From Patescibacteria group bacterium (GTDB lineage: Bacteria > Patescibacteriota > Patescibacteriia > UBA1558 > GWA2-36-10): a stretch of DNA of 64,000 nucleotides. Of the stretch, positions 24,310-33,661 are shown piece by piece (the first letter of the stretch is position 1; each line of letters opens with the position of its first letter). The stretch is taken from contig JBAYIR010000006.1 of NCBI GenBank assembly GCA_041665505.1, positions 1,707 to 65,706 of the forward strand, given 5' to 3'. The notes below the pieces were generated by a model. That model did not search any database, was not told the origin of the DNA, and saw nothing but the letters and a program-made list of their open reading frames with translations. Position numbers and translations under genes: made by a program.

Positions 24310-24939
24310 TTATATTTTACCTACCAAATCTAAACCTGGTTTTAAAGTATCTTGACCTGGTTGCCAGTTGGCTGGGCAAACTTGATCACCGTATTTGGCA
24401 ACAAATTGAGCAGCTTGGAGTTTTCTAATCAGTTCATCACTACTTCTACCTATACCATTGTCATGGACTTCCATAGTTTTTAGTATGCCTTTAGGATCAA
24501 TGATAAATGTACCTCTTAGAGCCAAACCTTCTTCTTCAATCAGGACATTATATTTATAAGATATTTCATGAGTGGGGTCAGCTAGCATGGGGAAGTTTAC
24601 TTTTTTGATAGTTTCTGATTCATCGTGCCAAGCTTTATGGACAAAAATAGTGTCAGTTGAAACTGATAATATTTCAGTATTTAACTTTTTTATTTCTTCA
24701 TAGCGACTGGCCAAATCACCCAACTCAGTTGGGCAGACAAAAGTAAAATCAGCTGGGTAGAAGAATAAAATTACCCATTTACCTTGGTAGTCAGATAATT
24801 TAACTCTTTTGGTTTTATCTTCATGATAGACTTCTGCCTCAAAACTGGGGGCTAGGCTACCAATTTTTAGTTCATAGTTGTCACAACAACCATGGCCACA
24901 ACAATCTTCGCCTTTGTCACAACAATTTTTTTCTTCCAT
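24310..24939 (-). CDS. peroxiredoxin (AhpC/TSA 2-Cys family) with a Cys-rich N-terminal extension
   Basis: Peroxidatic 'FTFVCPTE' and a resolving Cys near the C-terminus. The N-terminus reads 'NCCDKGEDCCGHGCCD'. Confidence 0.7.
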   Translation of the reverse strand: MEEKNCCDKGEDCCGHGCCDNYELKIGSLAPSFEAEVYHEDKTKRVKLSDYQGKWVILFFYPADFTFVCPTELGDLASRYEEIKKLNTEILSVSTDTIFVHKAWHDESETIKKVNFPMLADPTHEISYKYNVLIEEEGLALRGTFIIDPKGILKTMEVHDNGIGRSSDELIRKLQAAQFVAKYGDQVCPANWQPGQDTLKPGLDLVGKI

Positions 24940-24957
24940 ATATTTTTTTATTAATTA

Positions 24958-25860
24958 TTAATTATCTTCAGGTGGTATAAAGCCTATTTTTTTTAAAAGT
25001 TTTTCTCCTTTACTGACGCCGTGCTTATAGGATAGATAAATTCTTTCCTGACTTTTTTCTCTTTTGGAAGTGCAGGCTTCATCATAGAGCACGTGGACAT
25101 TTTTGTATCTAACTAGAGTTTCTATATAAGGGTAGTTAAAAATATTAAAAAGATGTTTGAGACCATATATCAGCCCTAGGTAGCGAGCTTTAAATAATAT
25201 ATCCAGTAAATCCCAAAGTATATATTTGAAGACTCGAGCGAGGGTTTTTTTGTCATTGAAAATATAAATTATTTGTTTATCAGGATGTTTTCTGATGACA
25301 TTTTTGATAAAATCTCTAGTGGGCATAATACCACCATCATAGTAGAGCTCATTTTTTATTTTGGTGTAGGCATAAGGTGGCACTTTAGCTGATTGAATCA
25401 GACGATTGATGGTATCTACCTTGCCATCTAGATATTCCAAGCGTAGAGTCTCTGGATTAAACACTCGCACATAAAAATTAATTGGTGAGGTGCGAATAGT
25501 TTTGACATCCAATTTAGTTGGTCCCATAGTTTCCAACTCACGAGCATAATCTAAATCAATAATATCAAAAGGTTTTTTGTGGATTAATAATTGCCAAAAT
25601 TTTTCCCAGATTATTTTAGGAGATAAATCTTTTAAAAATCTATGTCTTTTGTAGAGATGCTCATAATATATACTAGAACCAATTTTGGTTTGATGAGCTA
25701 GAAAATAAGCGGCATTATGAGCACCTGAGGATACTCCATAAACCGAGTGAATACGAGGGTAAAGATCGTGTCTTTCAAAAGCCGTTAACACTCCAGCGCT
25801 AAAAACTCCTTGGATAGTGCCTCCTTTGACGATGATAATAATATCTCGCTCTGTTTCCAT
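24958..25860 (-). CDS. patatin-like phospholipase
   Basis: 'VKGGTIQG' oxyanion region, 'YGVSSGA' GxSxG, and a 'YYDGG' catalytic Asp. Confidence 0.65.
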   Translation of the reverse strand: METERDIIIIVKGGTIQGVFSAGVLTAFERHDLYPRIHSVYGVSSGAHNAAYFLAHQTKIGSSIYYEHLYKRHRFLKDLSPKIIWEKFWQLLIHKKPFDIIDLDYARELETMGPTKLDVKTIRTSPINFYVRVFNPETLRLEYLDGKVDTINRLIQSAKVPPYAYTKIKNELYYDGGIMPTRDFIKNVIRKHPDKQIIYIFNDKKTLARVFKYILWDLLDILFKARYLGLIYGLKHLFNIFNYPYIETLVRYKNVHVLYDEACTSKREKSQERIYLSYKHGVSKGEKLLKKIGFIPPEDN

Positions 25861-25886
25861 TGGTCTTTGTGATAGATTTTTAGAAT

Positions 25887-26507
25887 TTATCTTTTGCTAG
25901 CTGCTTGATATTTTTCAGCTACCTTTAGCCAGTTTATCACATTAAAGAAGCTTTCGACAAATTCTACTCGTCTATTTTGGTATTTTAGATAATAGGCATG
26001 TTCCCAAACATCAATGCCTAGTATTGGCTGATGTCCTAGAGAATAGGGGCTATCTTGATTGCTAGTTTTTTCTATCATCAATTTGCCGTCAGACATAGAG
26101 AGCCACGCCCAGCCTGAACCAAAAACAGTCATAGCGGTGGTAGTAAATTCTTCTTTAAATTTTTCTAAGGAACCAAAAGTTTTAATAATGGCTGCTAGTA
26201 AATCTCCAGTGGGTTGATTATTTTCTTTAGCTGGAGCCATGATTTCCCAAAAGAAGCTATGATGGACATGGCCACCACCGTGATTTTTGACAGCTGGACG
26301 GATTTCTTCTGGTAAGCTAGCTAGATTTTTTAAAATTTCTTCAGCAGACAGCTGGGCAATATCTGGGTAAGCTTCTAGAGCTTTATTAAAATTGGTAGTA
26401 TAAGCGACATGATGCTTATCATGATGAATTTTCATTGTCTCTTCATCTATGTATGGTTCTAGAGCATTGTAAGCATAAGGTAAATCTGGTGTGGTAAATT
26501 TATTCAT
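25887..26507 (-). CDS. superoxide dismutase (Fe/Mn family)
   Basis: 'HHDKHH', 'HHSFFW' and 'DVWEHAYY' are classic Fe/Mn-SOD motifs. Confidence 0.85.
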   Translation of the reverse strand: MNKFTTPDLPYAYNALEPYIDEETMKIHHDKHHVAYTTNFNKALEAYPDIAQLSAEEILKNLASLPEEIRPAVKNHGGGHVHHSFFWEIMAPAKENNQPTGDLLAAIIKTFGSLEKFKEEFTTTAMTVFGSGWAWLSMSDGKLMIEKTSNQDSPYSLGHQPILGIDVWEHAYYLKYQNRRVEFVESFFNVINWLKVAEKYQAASKR

Positions 26508-26536
26508 ATATTTTTATGTTAGTTTATTATATATTA

Positions 26537-27232
26537 TTAACCAAAATATTTTTCAGTATAAAATCTAATTAGTTGCTCAACTTCTGGTATCACTTCTGGG
26601 TTACCAATCCCGACTTTGGTCTTTTTTTGGACGGCTTCTAGAGTTTGAGCACCCTCTAGTACAGCTTCTTCAATATCATGGTCAGTTACTTGAGCACTTT
26701 TATCTATCATGCGAACTTGTTCTTTGACCACGCGATCTTTTTGTCCGGATTTTATAAAATAATTATTAATAGCACTACGCAAAGCCTTGTCTCCTAGTAC
26801 TGAACAATGAATTTTTCTGGTTGGCAAGTCACCTAGGCGTTTGGTAATATCTTGAGGCTTTATTTCTAGAGCCTTAGTTATTAACATACCACCTTTTTCA
26901 GAAGCCATGACCGATAACATAGAAGTAGCAGCAATAGCACTACCACAACCAAAAGTTTGCCATTTCATTTTTTTGATACGGTCAGTCTTTTTGTCTACTT
27001 TTATCCAGATTTTCATCATATCACCACAGGCTGGTGAACCGACCATCCCTAGACCATCATAGCCTTTCATTTTGGAAGCGTCCATGACCAAATTTTTGGG
27101 GTGGAAAAAATGATCTTTGACTATATCAGTGTAAACCCAGACGTCATTGGTACCTTTGGGCACTACGTCTACTGAACTAGCTAGGTTAGTTTTATTTTTT
27201 TTGGTTGAGGCTTTAGTTTTTAAATTAGACAT
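26537..27232 (-). CDS. NifU/IscU-like Fe-S cluster scaffold protein (extended)
   Basis: 'GSPACGDMMKIW' and 'FGCGSAIA', the conserved scaffold cysteines. 231 aa with N- and C-terminal extensions. Confidence 0.7.
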   Translation of the reverse strand: MSNLKTKASTKKNKTNLASSVDVVPKGTNDVWVYTDIVKDHFFHPKNLVMDASKMKGYDGLGMVGSPACGDMMKIWIKVDKKTDRIKKMKWQTFGCGSAIAATSMLSVMASEKGGMLITKALEIKPQDITKRLGDLPTRKIHCSVLGDKALRSAINNYFIKSGQKDRVVKEQVRMIDKSAQVTDHDIEEAVLEGAQTLEAVQKKTKVGIGNPEVIPEVEQLIRFYTEKYFG

Positions 27233-27250
27233 ATATATAAATTGTATTAA

Positions 27251-28492
27251 TTATAATTCTGTTATTTTACGGGGAGCATTTTTAATAGCCTTAGCTACTT
27301 CATCCATATTTACTATGACTGGGGAGGCGGCGCGCAAATGAGCTACTATCTTTGGTAAATGTTTTAAGACATATTTGATATCTTCAACTTTGGTGTCTTT
27401 ACCTAAAGTGAATCTCATGGAGCCGTGAGCTACTTCATAAGGGCAACCTAAAGCTCTAATAACATGAGACGGTTCTAAAGTGGTAGAGGTACAAGCCGAT
27501 CCAGTGGAAGCTTGAATGCCTATTTCATCCAAATAAAGGAGCATAGCTTCACCTTCAATATCTAAGATGGAAATATTAACATTATTAGCTAGTCTTTTAG
27601 TAGGGTGACCATTTAATATAGTTTTAGGGATAGTTGTTAAAATTCCGTTTATCAATTGATCTCTTAGTTTAATCAAACGAGCGTTTTCTTTATCTTTAGA
27701 GGATTGGGTTAATTCTAAAGCAGTAGCTAGTCCAACAATACCTGGTACATTCTCAGTACCAGAGCGCAGATTTTTTTCTTGGCCACCACCATCTATAATT
27801 GGATTGAGAAGGGTACCGGTTTTTATATATAAAGCACCAACTCCTTTGGGGCCATATATTTTTGAGCCGTTAATAGTCAAGAGATCTACGTGTAGTTTTT
27901 TGACATTTAAGTCTAAATTGCCGCTAGCTTGGCAGGCATCAGTATGAAAATATATTTTTGCTAAGCCTTTTTGCAGACGAGTGTTATTGATTTTCTCTAT
28001 GAAGGCGCCAATTTTTTGGATGTCTTGAATGACACCAATCTCATTGTTGGCCATCATAATAGAAATCAGTCTAGTATTGTCCTCTATGGCTTTGCTTATA
28101 TCATCTAAATTGACAAAACCTTCTGCATCAACTGGTAAGATAGAAATTTTATGTCCAGATTTTTTCAGAGTTTCGGCGGCGTGGAGCACAGCGTGATGCT
28201 CAATAGAGGAAGTAATCAGATGACCTTCTTTTACTTTAGACATCACTCCTTTTAGAGCTAGATTGATACTTTCTGTTCCCCCACCAGTAAAAATTATTTC
28301 ATCAGCTTGGCAATCGAGTATTTTGCTGATTTTTATTCTAGAGATTGATATAGCTTCCTTGCTTTTCAAGCCTAGATAGTAAAGGCTAGAAGGATTACCA
28401 TAATATTTTGTCCAATATGGTTCCATGGCTTTGACCACTCGAGGATCAGTAGCTGTAGTCGCAGCGTTGTCTAAGTAAATATATTTTTTCAT
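27251..28492 (-). CDS. cysteine desulfurase (NifS/IscS class V aminotransferase)
   Basis: 413 aa. PLP Lys region 'INGSKIYGPKG' and active-site 'STGSACTS'. Confidence 0.8.
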   Translation of the reverse strand: MKKYIYLDNAATTATDPRVVKAMEPYWTKYYGNPSSLYYLGLKSKEAISISRIKISKILDCQADEIIFTGGGTESINLALKGVMSKVKEGHLITSSIEHHAVLHAAETLKKSGHKISILPVDAEGFVNLDDISKAIEDNTRLISIMMANNEIGVIQDIQKIGAFIEKINNTRLQKGLAKIYFHTDACQASGNLDLNVKKLHVDLLTINGSKIYGPKGVGALYIKTGTLLNPIIDGGGQEKNLRSGTENVPGIVGLATALELTQSSKDKENARLIKLRDQLINGILTTIPKTILNGHPTKRLANNVNISILDIEGEAMLLYLDEIGIQASTGSACTSTTLEPSHVIRALGCPYEVAHGSMRFTLGKDTKVEDIKYVLKHLPKIVAHLRAASPVIVNMDEVAKAIKNAPRKITEL

Positions 28493-28513
28493 ATGTTAAT
28501 AGATTTAAAAGGG

Positions 28514-28975
28514 TTATTTTAGGGCGGAAAGCATTTCTTCATCTTTTGGTAGACCACGTTTTAAGAAAATAATTTTTCCTTCTTTGTTTATTAAGACTAC
28601 CGATCTTCTGATACTTTCATAGCCAAACATAAATTTAAGAGCTTTATATTTTTTTGATACCAGGCGGTCAGTATCTATCAGTAAATCAAAAGGATATTTT
28701 TGTTTGTCAATAAATTTTTGGTGAGATTTGGCATCGGCTTGGTTAATACCAAAAACCACTGTGTCTAGTTTTTCAAATTTGGAAAAATCATTTCTAACAG
28801 CGCAAAGTTGTTTGGTACAACCAGGCGTATTATCACCAGGATAAAAAATTAGTAGGACATTTTTTTCTCCTTGATAATCACGAAGAGAAATTTTTTGTCC
28901 AGCTTGATTTTTTAGAGTAAATAAGGGAGCACTGTCACCGACTTTGATAGCGGCTATGTCTTTGTAGTCAGACAT
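28514..28975 (-). CDS. bcp: thiol peroxidase Bcp (peroxiredoxin Q)
   Basis: 'YPGDNTPGCTKQLCAV' Prx-Q motif. Confidence 0.7.
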   Translation of the reverse strand: MSDYKDIAAIKVGDSAPLFTLKNQAGQKISLRDYQGEKNVLLIFYPGDNTPGCTKQLCAVRNDFSKFEKLDTVVFGINQADAKSHQKFIDKQKYPFDLLIDTDRLVSKKYKALKFMFGYESIRRSVVLINKEGKIIFLKRGLPKDEEMLSALK

Positions 28976-28978
28976 GAT

Positions 28979-29197
28979 TTATTTGATAGGCGGATGAATT
29001 TGTTTACCATTGTCATCATAAACAATGATGGCATTAACTGGGCAACTTTGGGCAGCTTGTAAAATAGTAGCTTCATCATCTCCTTTAGGGTCCTTGATAA
29101 TAGCAATACCTTCATCATCTAGTTCAAAGGTATTAGGGGCTACAGCTACGCAAGTAGCAACGCTAGTGCAAAGTTCTCTGTCTACTTCAACTCTCAT
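28979..29197 (-). CDS. small ferredoxin
   Basis: 72 aa. Carries 'CTSVATC...CP' cysteine ligands and an acidic surface. Confidence 0.5.
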   Translation of the reverse strand: MRVEVDRELCTSVATCVAVAPNTFELDDEGIAIIKDPKGDDEATILQAAQSCPVNAIIVYDDNGKQIHPPIK

Positions 29198-29230
29198 AGT
29201 TTTATTCTTTTAATTATTATTAATTACTTA

Positions 29231-29680
29231 TTATTTTAGCATTTTTTCTTTAAAAATGTCAGATTGGCATGGCGTCTTGTCTTTACAAGTGGCACAAATA
29301 CCAAACAAATCTAGTTTAAAATCTCCTATTTGATAATCTTTATTGGGTAGATATTCTTTTTTTAAAGGATATTTTGGGACATTATAGATATTTTTACAGC
29401 TATAGCAGATAAAATGGTCATGATCTTTGAGGTGACCATCAAAACGACTAGGACCATTTGGTACAATTATTTCTCTAACCAAGTCCATTTTGGTCAAAAA
29501 ATGGAGGTTTCTATAAACAGTAGCTATTGATATTTTTGGCAACTTTTTCTTAACTTTTTCATAGATTTTCTCGACACTGGGATGTGAAAAATCATTTTTT
29601 AATATATCTAAAATAAGCTGCCTTTGTCTAGTCAAGCGACTTTTAAGAGGAGAGTAAGTATAAAATGCAGATTTTCTCAT
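29231..29680 (-). CDS. Fur-family metalloregulator (PerR-like, heading an oxidative-stress operon)
   Basis: Winged-HTH N-terminus, 'HDHFICYSC' and a C-terminal 'CATC' structural Zn site. It is the first gene of the Prx/SOD/Fe-S operon. Confidence 0.7.
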   Translation of the reverse strand: MRKSAFYTYSPLKSRLTRQRQLILDILKNDFSHPSVEKIYEKVKKKLPKISIATVYRNLHFLTKMDLVREIIVPNGPSRFDGHLKDHDHFICYSCKNIYNVPKYPLKKEYLPNKDYQIGDFKLDLFGICATCKDKTPCQSDIFKEKMLK

Positions 29681-29749
29681 TTCTTATTGATAATTATTAT
29701 CAATAATATAATTTAAACACTAAAAAGTCAAGTTTTTTGACTGATATGA

Positions 29750-29778
29750 TTGACAAAGGCCTTTTTTTGTGCTATACT
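29750..29778 (+). promoter_or_regulatory. consensus sigma70 promoter (TTGACA-17-TATACT), divergent from the Fur-family gene
   Basis: Exact -35 and good -10 with a 17-nt spacer. There is also an AGTCAA-N5-TTGACT palindrome at 29722-29738. Confidence 0.45.
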
Positions 29779-29805
29779 GTATTTGTAAGTTAGAATTGGC
29801 AACAA

Positions 29806-29843
29806 ATCCCAAAGGGGATTATGCCAATTTTTTGTTTTTCTAG
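29806..29843 (+). ncRNA. candidate small RNA: double-stem hairpin (TTGGCA/TGCCAA outer, AATCCC/GGGATT inner) plus a U6 tract about 25 nt after the promoter
   Basis: The promoter is followed by the hairpin and a T-tract. The predicted transcript is only about 60 nt and contains no ORF. Confidence 0.35.
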
Positions 29844-29942
29844 AGCCTTTTAGAAAAACAGCCCCAATAATTTAATAATTAACAAAAACTTACTAAAAAC
29901 TTCTATGTTTTTATCGTCAACAGTGGCAGGAGGGATAAATCT

Positions 29943-30086
29943 ATGATAAATAGCAGTGTAGAGTCCTTTAAATTAGTTGTTAGACCAGGTGATAGAAAAT
30001 TAAGAAGCAGCGACTATTGGGCAATAGTGGTTTTATGCTCAGTTGGTGCTTCAGTTCTCCTTTTTGTAGTAGGAAACTCTGTTTAA
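29943..30086 (+). CDS. 47-aa hydrophobic peptide
   Basis: Strong SD 'AGGAGGG' 8 nt upstream. Reads 'MINSSVESFKLVVRPGDRKLRSSDYWAIVVLCSVGASVLLFVVGNSV'. Confidence 0.35.
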   Translation: MINSSVESFKLVVRPGDRKLRSSDYWAIVVLCSVGASVLLFVVGNSV

Positions 30087-30105
30087 TTAATTAATAAAAT
30101 AAATT

Positions 30106-30225
30106 ATGAAAAAATGTAAATCTTTTCATTTAGCTGGCTATCGGTGTAGTCCAGAAGTAGAAAGTCATGAGAATTGGGCAATTCTTAGCTTGCTTCTCTT
30201 CAACTTATTATTTTTGGTAGTTTAA
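30106..30225 (+). CDS. 39-aa peptide with a hydrophobic C-terminus
   Basis: Reads 'MKKCKSFHLAGYRCSPEVESHENWAILSLLLFNLLFLVV'. The RBS is weak. Confidence 0.25.
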   Translation: MKKCKSFHLAGYRCSPEVESHENWAILSLLLFNLLFLVV

Positions 30226-30730
30226 CAATTGAATAAATGAAAATCTCAATTGGGGATAGTTGAGATTAGTATCTAAGTCCAAGTAGTGACAAAATTTAAG
30301 CAAAAATAAAAATAAAAAAATGCCACAATTAATTTATGTCCTATTAATTTTTTCTTGGACACCACTTATCTTGTATTGCTAGTCCCGCAGAGCGGGATCC
30401 CGTACGCGGGATAGTATAAGACAAAAATAAAAACAAAAATAATTCATCTGCCTCCTTTAGCTGTTTTTAGCTCGGGAGTAGGTGAAAGAACATTAAAAAT
30501 TTAAAATTATGTCATTTTGGAAAAAATTATTTAAGCTCTCTAAAAAAGAGACACAAATAATACAAGAACCAGAACATGATTTAGCACTCAAACCAGTAGA
30601 TGATTTGATGGTGCTAGAAAAAAAAGATGAATCAAATAATTTAAATAATAAAAAGGGAGATCTAGCTAATCGGGATTCTCCTTGATAATCTGAAATAAAA
30701 TTTTTAGATTTTAATAATTAAAAATTTAAA

Positions 30731-30913
30731 ATGGCAGAACAATTAAAAGCTAACCCAGGAGCTGATGAGCTGGGTCTTGAAGGTCAATTGGTAGAAGAGC
30801 CGCTAGAGGCCGAACCAGTCTTTCCTCAAGCAGAAGAACCACTCCATGAAGATGGAGAGGAAGAGGCTCTAAAAAGAGCTAGAGAGCAAGTAGATAAAAA
30901 TGCTTCTCAATAA
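30731..30913 (+). CDS. small acidic protein (60 aa)
   Basis: Intact ORF followed by a CCUUGU...ACAGGG + U-tract terminator at 30936-30966. No SD. Confidence 0.3.
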   Translation: MAEQLKANPGADELGLEGQLVEEPLEAEPVFPQAEEPLHEDGEEEALKRAREQVDKNASQ

Positions 30914-31020
30914 AATTATATTTTAATAAAGAACCTTGTCATATACAGGGTTTTTTATTTTGTCTGAAAAAATGTTATAATAAACATGATTTAAATTTAA
31001 GAGCATTTTCTAATAATTTT

Positions 31021-32793
31021 ATGGTTAATAAAAAACAAAATAAAATTTTCAGTGCTAAGAGCAGAAATAATTTGACTTGGAAAATTGGTGGTGAAGCTGG
31101 TTTTGGTATTATGTCAGCTGGACTGATGTTTGGTAAAATATTTATGCGCACTGGCTATGAAATTTTTGATTATACGGAGTATCCTTCACTGATCAGAGGC
31201 GGACACAATACTTATCAATTGGTAGTAGACACCAAACCAGTCAATAGCATCAATAGGCAAGTGGATATTTTAATAGCCCTAAATCAAAATACTGTTGTTC
31301 AGAATTTTTCGGAGATTAATAATGGTGGGGCTTTGATTTATGATAGTGATAAGGTCAAAGTAGTAGCGGCCAAATTAGCAGATAAACAGATTAAAGCTTT
31401 GGCTATACCACTAACTACACTAGCCAAAGAAGCTGGTGGGGAATTGATGAGAAATGTAGTAGCTCTAGGAGCTAGTTTATGTTTAGTCGGTCAAACTTTG
31501 ACTATTGCCAACAAAATTGTCAAAGAAAATTTTTCCAAAAAAGGTCAAATAATAGTAGATAATAATATCAAAGCGCTGAAAGCTGGCTATGATTTTGCCA
31601 AGAAAAATATCAAGGAAGAGTTTGTATGTCAACTGCCAACTTTGCCAGCTAAAGACAATATTTTAATTAGTGCCAATGAGGCTTTGGCCTTGGGAGCAAT
31701 AGCTGGAGGTTTAGGTTTTTATGCGGCCTATCCAATGACACCATCTTCATCTATTTTACATTATCTAGCCAGGATAGCTGAAAAAACTGGTTTGGTAGTC
31801 AAACATGCGGAAGATGAAATATCAGTAGCCAATATGGCGCTAGGAGCAGCCCATGTGGGAGTCAGATCAATGATTGGTACTTCTGGTGGTGGTTTTTCTT
31901 TGATGACAGAGACTTTGGGGCTAGTGTCTCTGACGGAAACACCACTGGTGATGGTCAATGTGCAAAGAGCGGGTCCAGCTACAGGTCTACCTACTTGGAC
32001 CGAGCAAGCTGACTTGCAATTTATACTCCACGCCGCTCAAGGAGATTTTCCTAGGATAATAATGGCTCCTGGTGATGCTGGTGAAGCCTTCACTATGGGC
32101 CATCAAGCTCTCAACCTAGCTGATATGTATCAAATGCCAGTAATAATATTGTCAGATAAATTAATTGGCGAAGGCTATACTACTATAGCTAGGCTAAATA
32201 CTAAAAATGTCAAAATAAATAGAGGTAAAATTTTGACCCAAGCCCAACTGAGTAAAATAAAAGAATATAGACGGTATAAATTAACGGCTGATGGTATATC
32301 TCCTCGGACTTTACCTGGTATGAAGGATGGTTTGTTTATAGCCAATAGTGATGAACACGATTCTTATGGATTTTCTAATGAAGATAGTCAAAATAGAGTA
32401 GAGCAGGTGGATAAGAGAAATAGAAAATTACTGGAGTTTGCCAAAACTATGCCCAAGCCGTTAATTTATGGTAATCCGAAGGCCAAAAAAACAGTAGTTT
32501 TTTGGGGGTCAAACAAAGGAGTAATTTTGGATTCTTATGTGGCTTTGCCAGATAAAATAAAATCTAAAATTAGAATAATGCAATACCAGTACCTCTGGCC
32601 TTTTGATGGAGAATTCACTAAAAAAATATTAAATACTTCTAAGGAAATATTGATTATTGAAAATAATCCCAATGGTCAATTGGCTAATTTGATAGCTCAG
32701 GAAACGGGTATTAAAATACAAAATAAATTACTCAAGTATGATGGCCGTCCTTTCTTTAGGGAAGATATAATTAATGCTTTAAAGAAATTTTAA
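31021..32793 (+). CDS. 2-oxoacid:ferredoxin oxidoreductase, alpha subunit (fused gamma+alpha, KorA/PorA-like)
   Basis: 590 aa with N-terminal gamma-like and central alpha domains. It is paired with a downstream TPP-binding beta subunit. Confidence 0.75.
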   Translation: MVNKKQNKIFSAKSRNNLTWKIGGEAGFGIMSAGLMFGKIFMRTGYEIFDYTEYPSLIRGGHNTYQLVVDTKPVNSINRQVDILIALNQNTVVQNFSEINNGGALIYDSDKVKVVAAKLADKQIKALAIPLTTLAKEAGGELMRNVVALGASLCLVGQTLTIANKIVKENFSKKGQIIVDNNIKALKAGYDFAKKNIKEEFVCQLPTLPAKDNILISANEALALGAIAGGLGFYAAYPMTPSSSILHYLARIAEKTGLVVKHAEDEISVANMALGAAHVGVRSMIGTSGGGFSLMTETLGLVSLTETPLVMVNVQRAGPATGLPTWTEQADLQFILHAAQGDFPRIIMAPGDAGEAFTMGHQALNLADMYQMPVIILSDKLIGEGYTTIARLNTKNVKINRGKILTQAQLSKIKEYRRYKLTADGISPRTLPGMKDGLFIANSDEHDSYGFSNEDSQNRVEQVDKRNRKLLEFAKTMPKPLIYGNPKAKKTVVFWGSNKGVILDSYVALPDKIKSKIRIMQYQYLWPFDGEFTKKILNTSKEILIIENNPNGQLANLIAQETGIKIQNKLLKYDGRPFFREDIINALKKF

Positions 32794-32797
32794 ATAT

Positions 32798-33655
32798 ATG
32801 AAAGAAACAGATTTTAATACAAGTTATAAACCTAGTTGGTGTCCAGGTTGCGGAAATTTTGGAATATTTATAGCTTTAAAAAATGCTTTAGTAGAATTGG
32901 GATTAAAGCCAGAAAATGTTTTATTAGTAGCAGGTATTGGTTGTTCAGGTAATGTAGCCAACTTTCTCAAATCTTATACTTGGCATTCTTTACACGGCCG
33001 AGCTTTGCCGAGCGCTATTGGGGCAAAATTAGCTAATAAAGATTTAACAGTCATAGTTATGGCTGGTGACGGCGATGGCTACGGTGAAGGCATGGCTCAT
33101 TTTATTCACGCTGTCCGTGGTAATGCTAATATCACCTATATTACTCATGATAATCAGTTATATGCTTTGACTACTGGTCAATCAGCTCCAACTACTGAAA
33201 AGGGCACTAAAACAAAATCTACTCCCGATGGTCTGATAGATGAGCGAGCTAATCCGATGAGTCTAGCTTTAGCGGCTGGTGGTGGTTTTGTCTCTCGTGG
33301 TTTTTCGGGTAATGCTAATCATTTAAAAGAGTTGATTAAAAAAGCCATTACTCATGAAGGATTTTCTCTGGTGGATGTATTTCAACCATGTGTGACTTTT
33401 AATAAAGTAAATACTTTTAAATATTTTTTTGATCGGCTTTATAATTTAGATGAAAAACCAGGTTATGATAATACTAATATTTTGATGGCCTATCAAGAAG
33501 CTCTGGTTTGGGGTGATAAAATTGCTTACGGCTTGCTTTATCAAAATCAGCGTCCTAGTTATGATCAGGGTCTGCCTCAATTAAAAGGTCAGGCTTTAGC
33601 CAAGCGTCTAGTGAAAGTTAAAAATATTGATCAACTAGTTAGAGAATTCGCTTAA
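32798..33655 (+). CDS. 2-oxoacid:ferredoxin oxidoreductase, beta subunit (TPP-binding, KorB-like)
   Basis: 'CPGCGNFG' and 'GDGDGYGEG' TPP-binding motifs. Confidence 0.75.
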   Translation: MKETDFNTSYKPSWCPGCGNFGIFIALKNALVELGLKPENVLLVAGIGCSGNVANFLKSYTWHSLHGRALPSAIGAKLANKDLTVIVMAGDGDGYGEGMAHFIHAVRGNANITYITHDNQLYALTTGQSAPTTEKGTKTKSTPDGLIDERANPMSLALAAGGGFVSRGFSGNANHLKELIKKAITHEGFSLVDVFQPCVTFNKVNTFKYFFDRLYNLDEKPGYDNTNILMAYQEALVWGDKIAYGLLYQNQRPSYDQGLPQLKGQALAKRLVKVKNIDQLVREFA

Positions 33656-33661
33656 ACAAAA

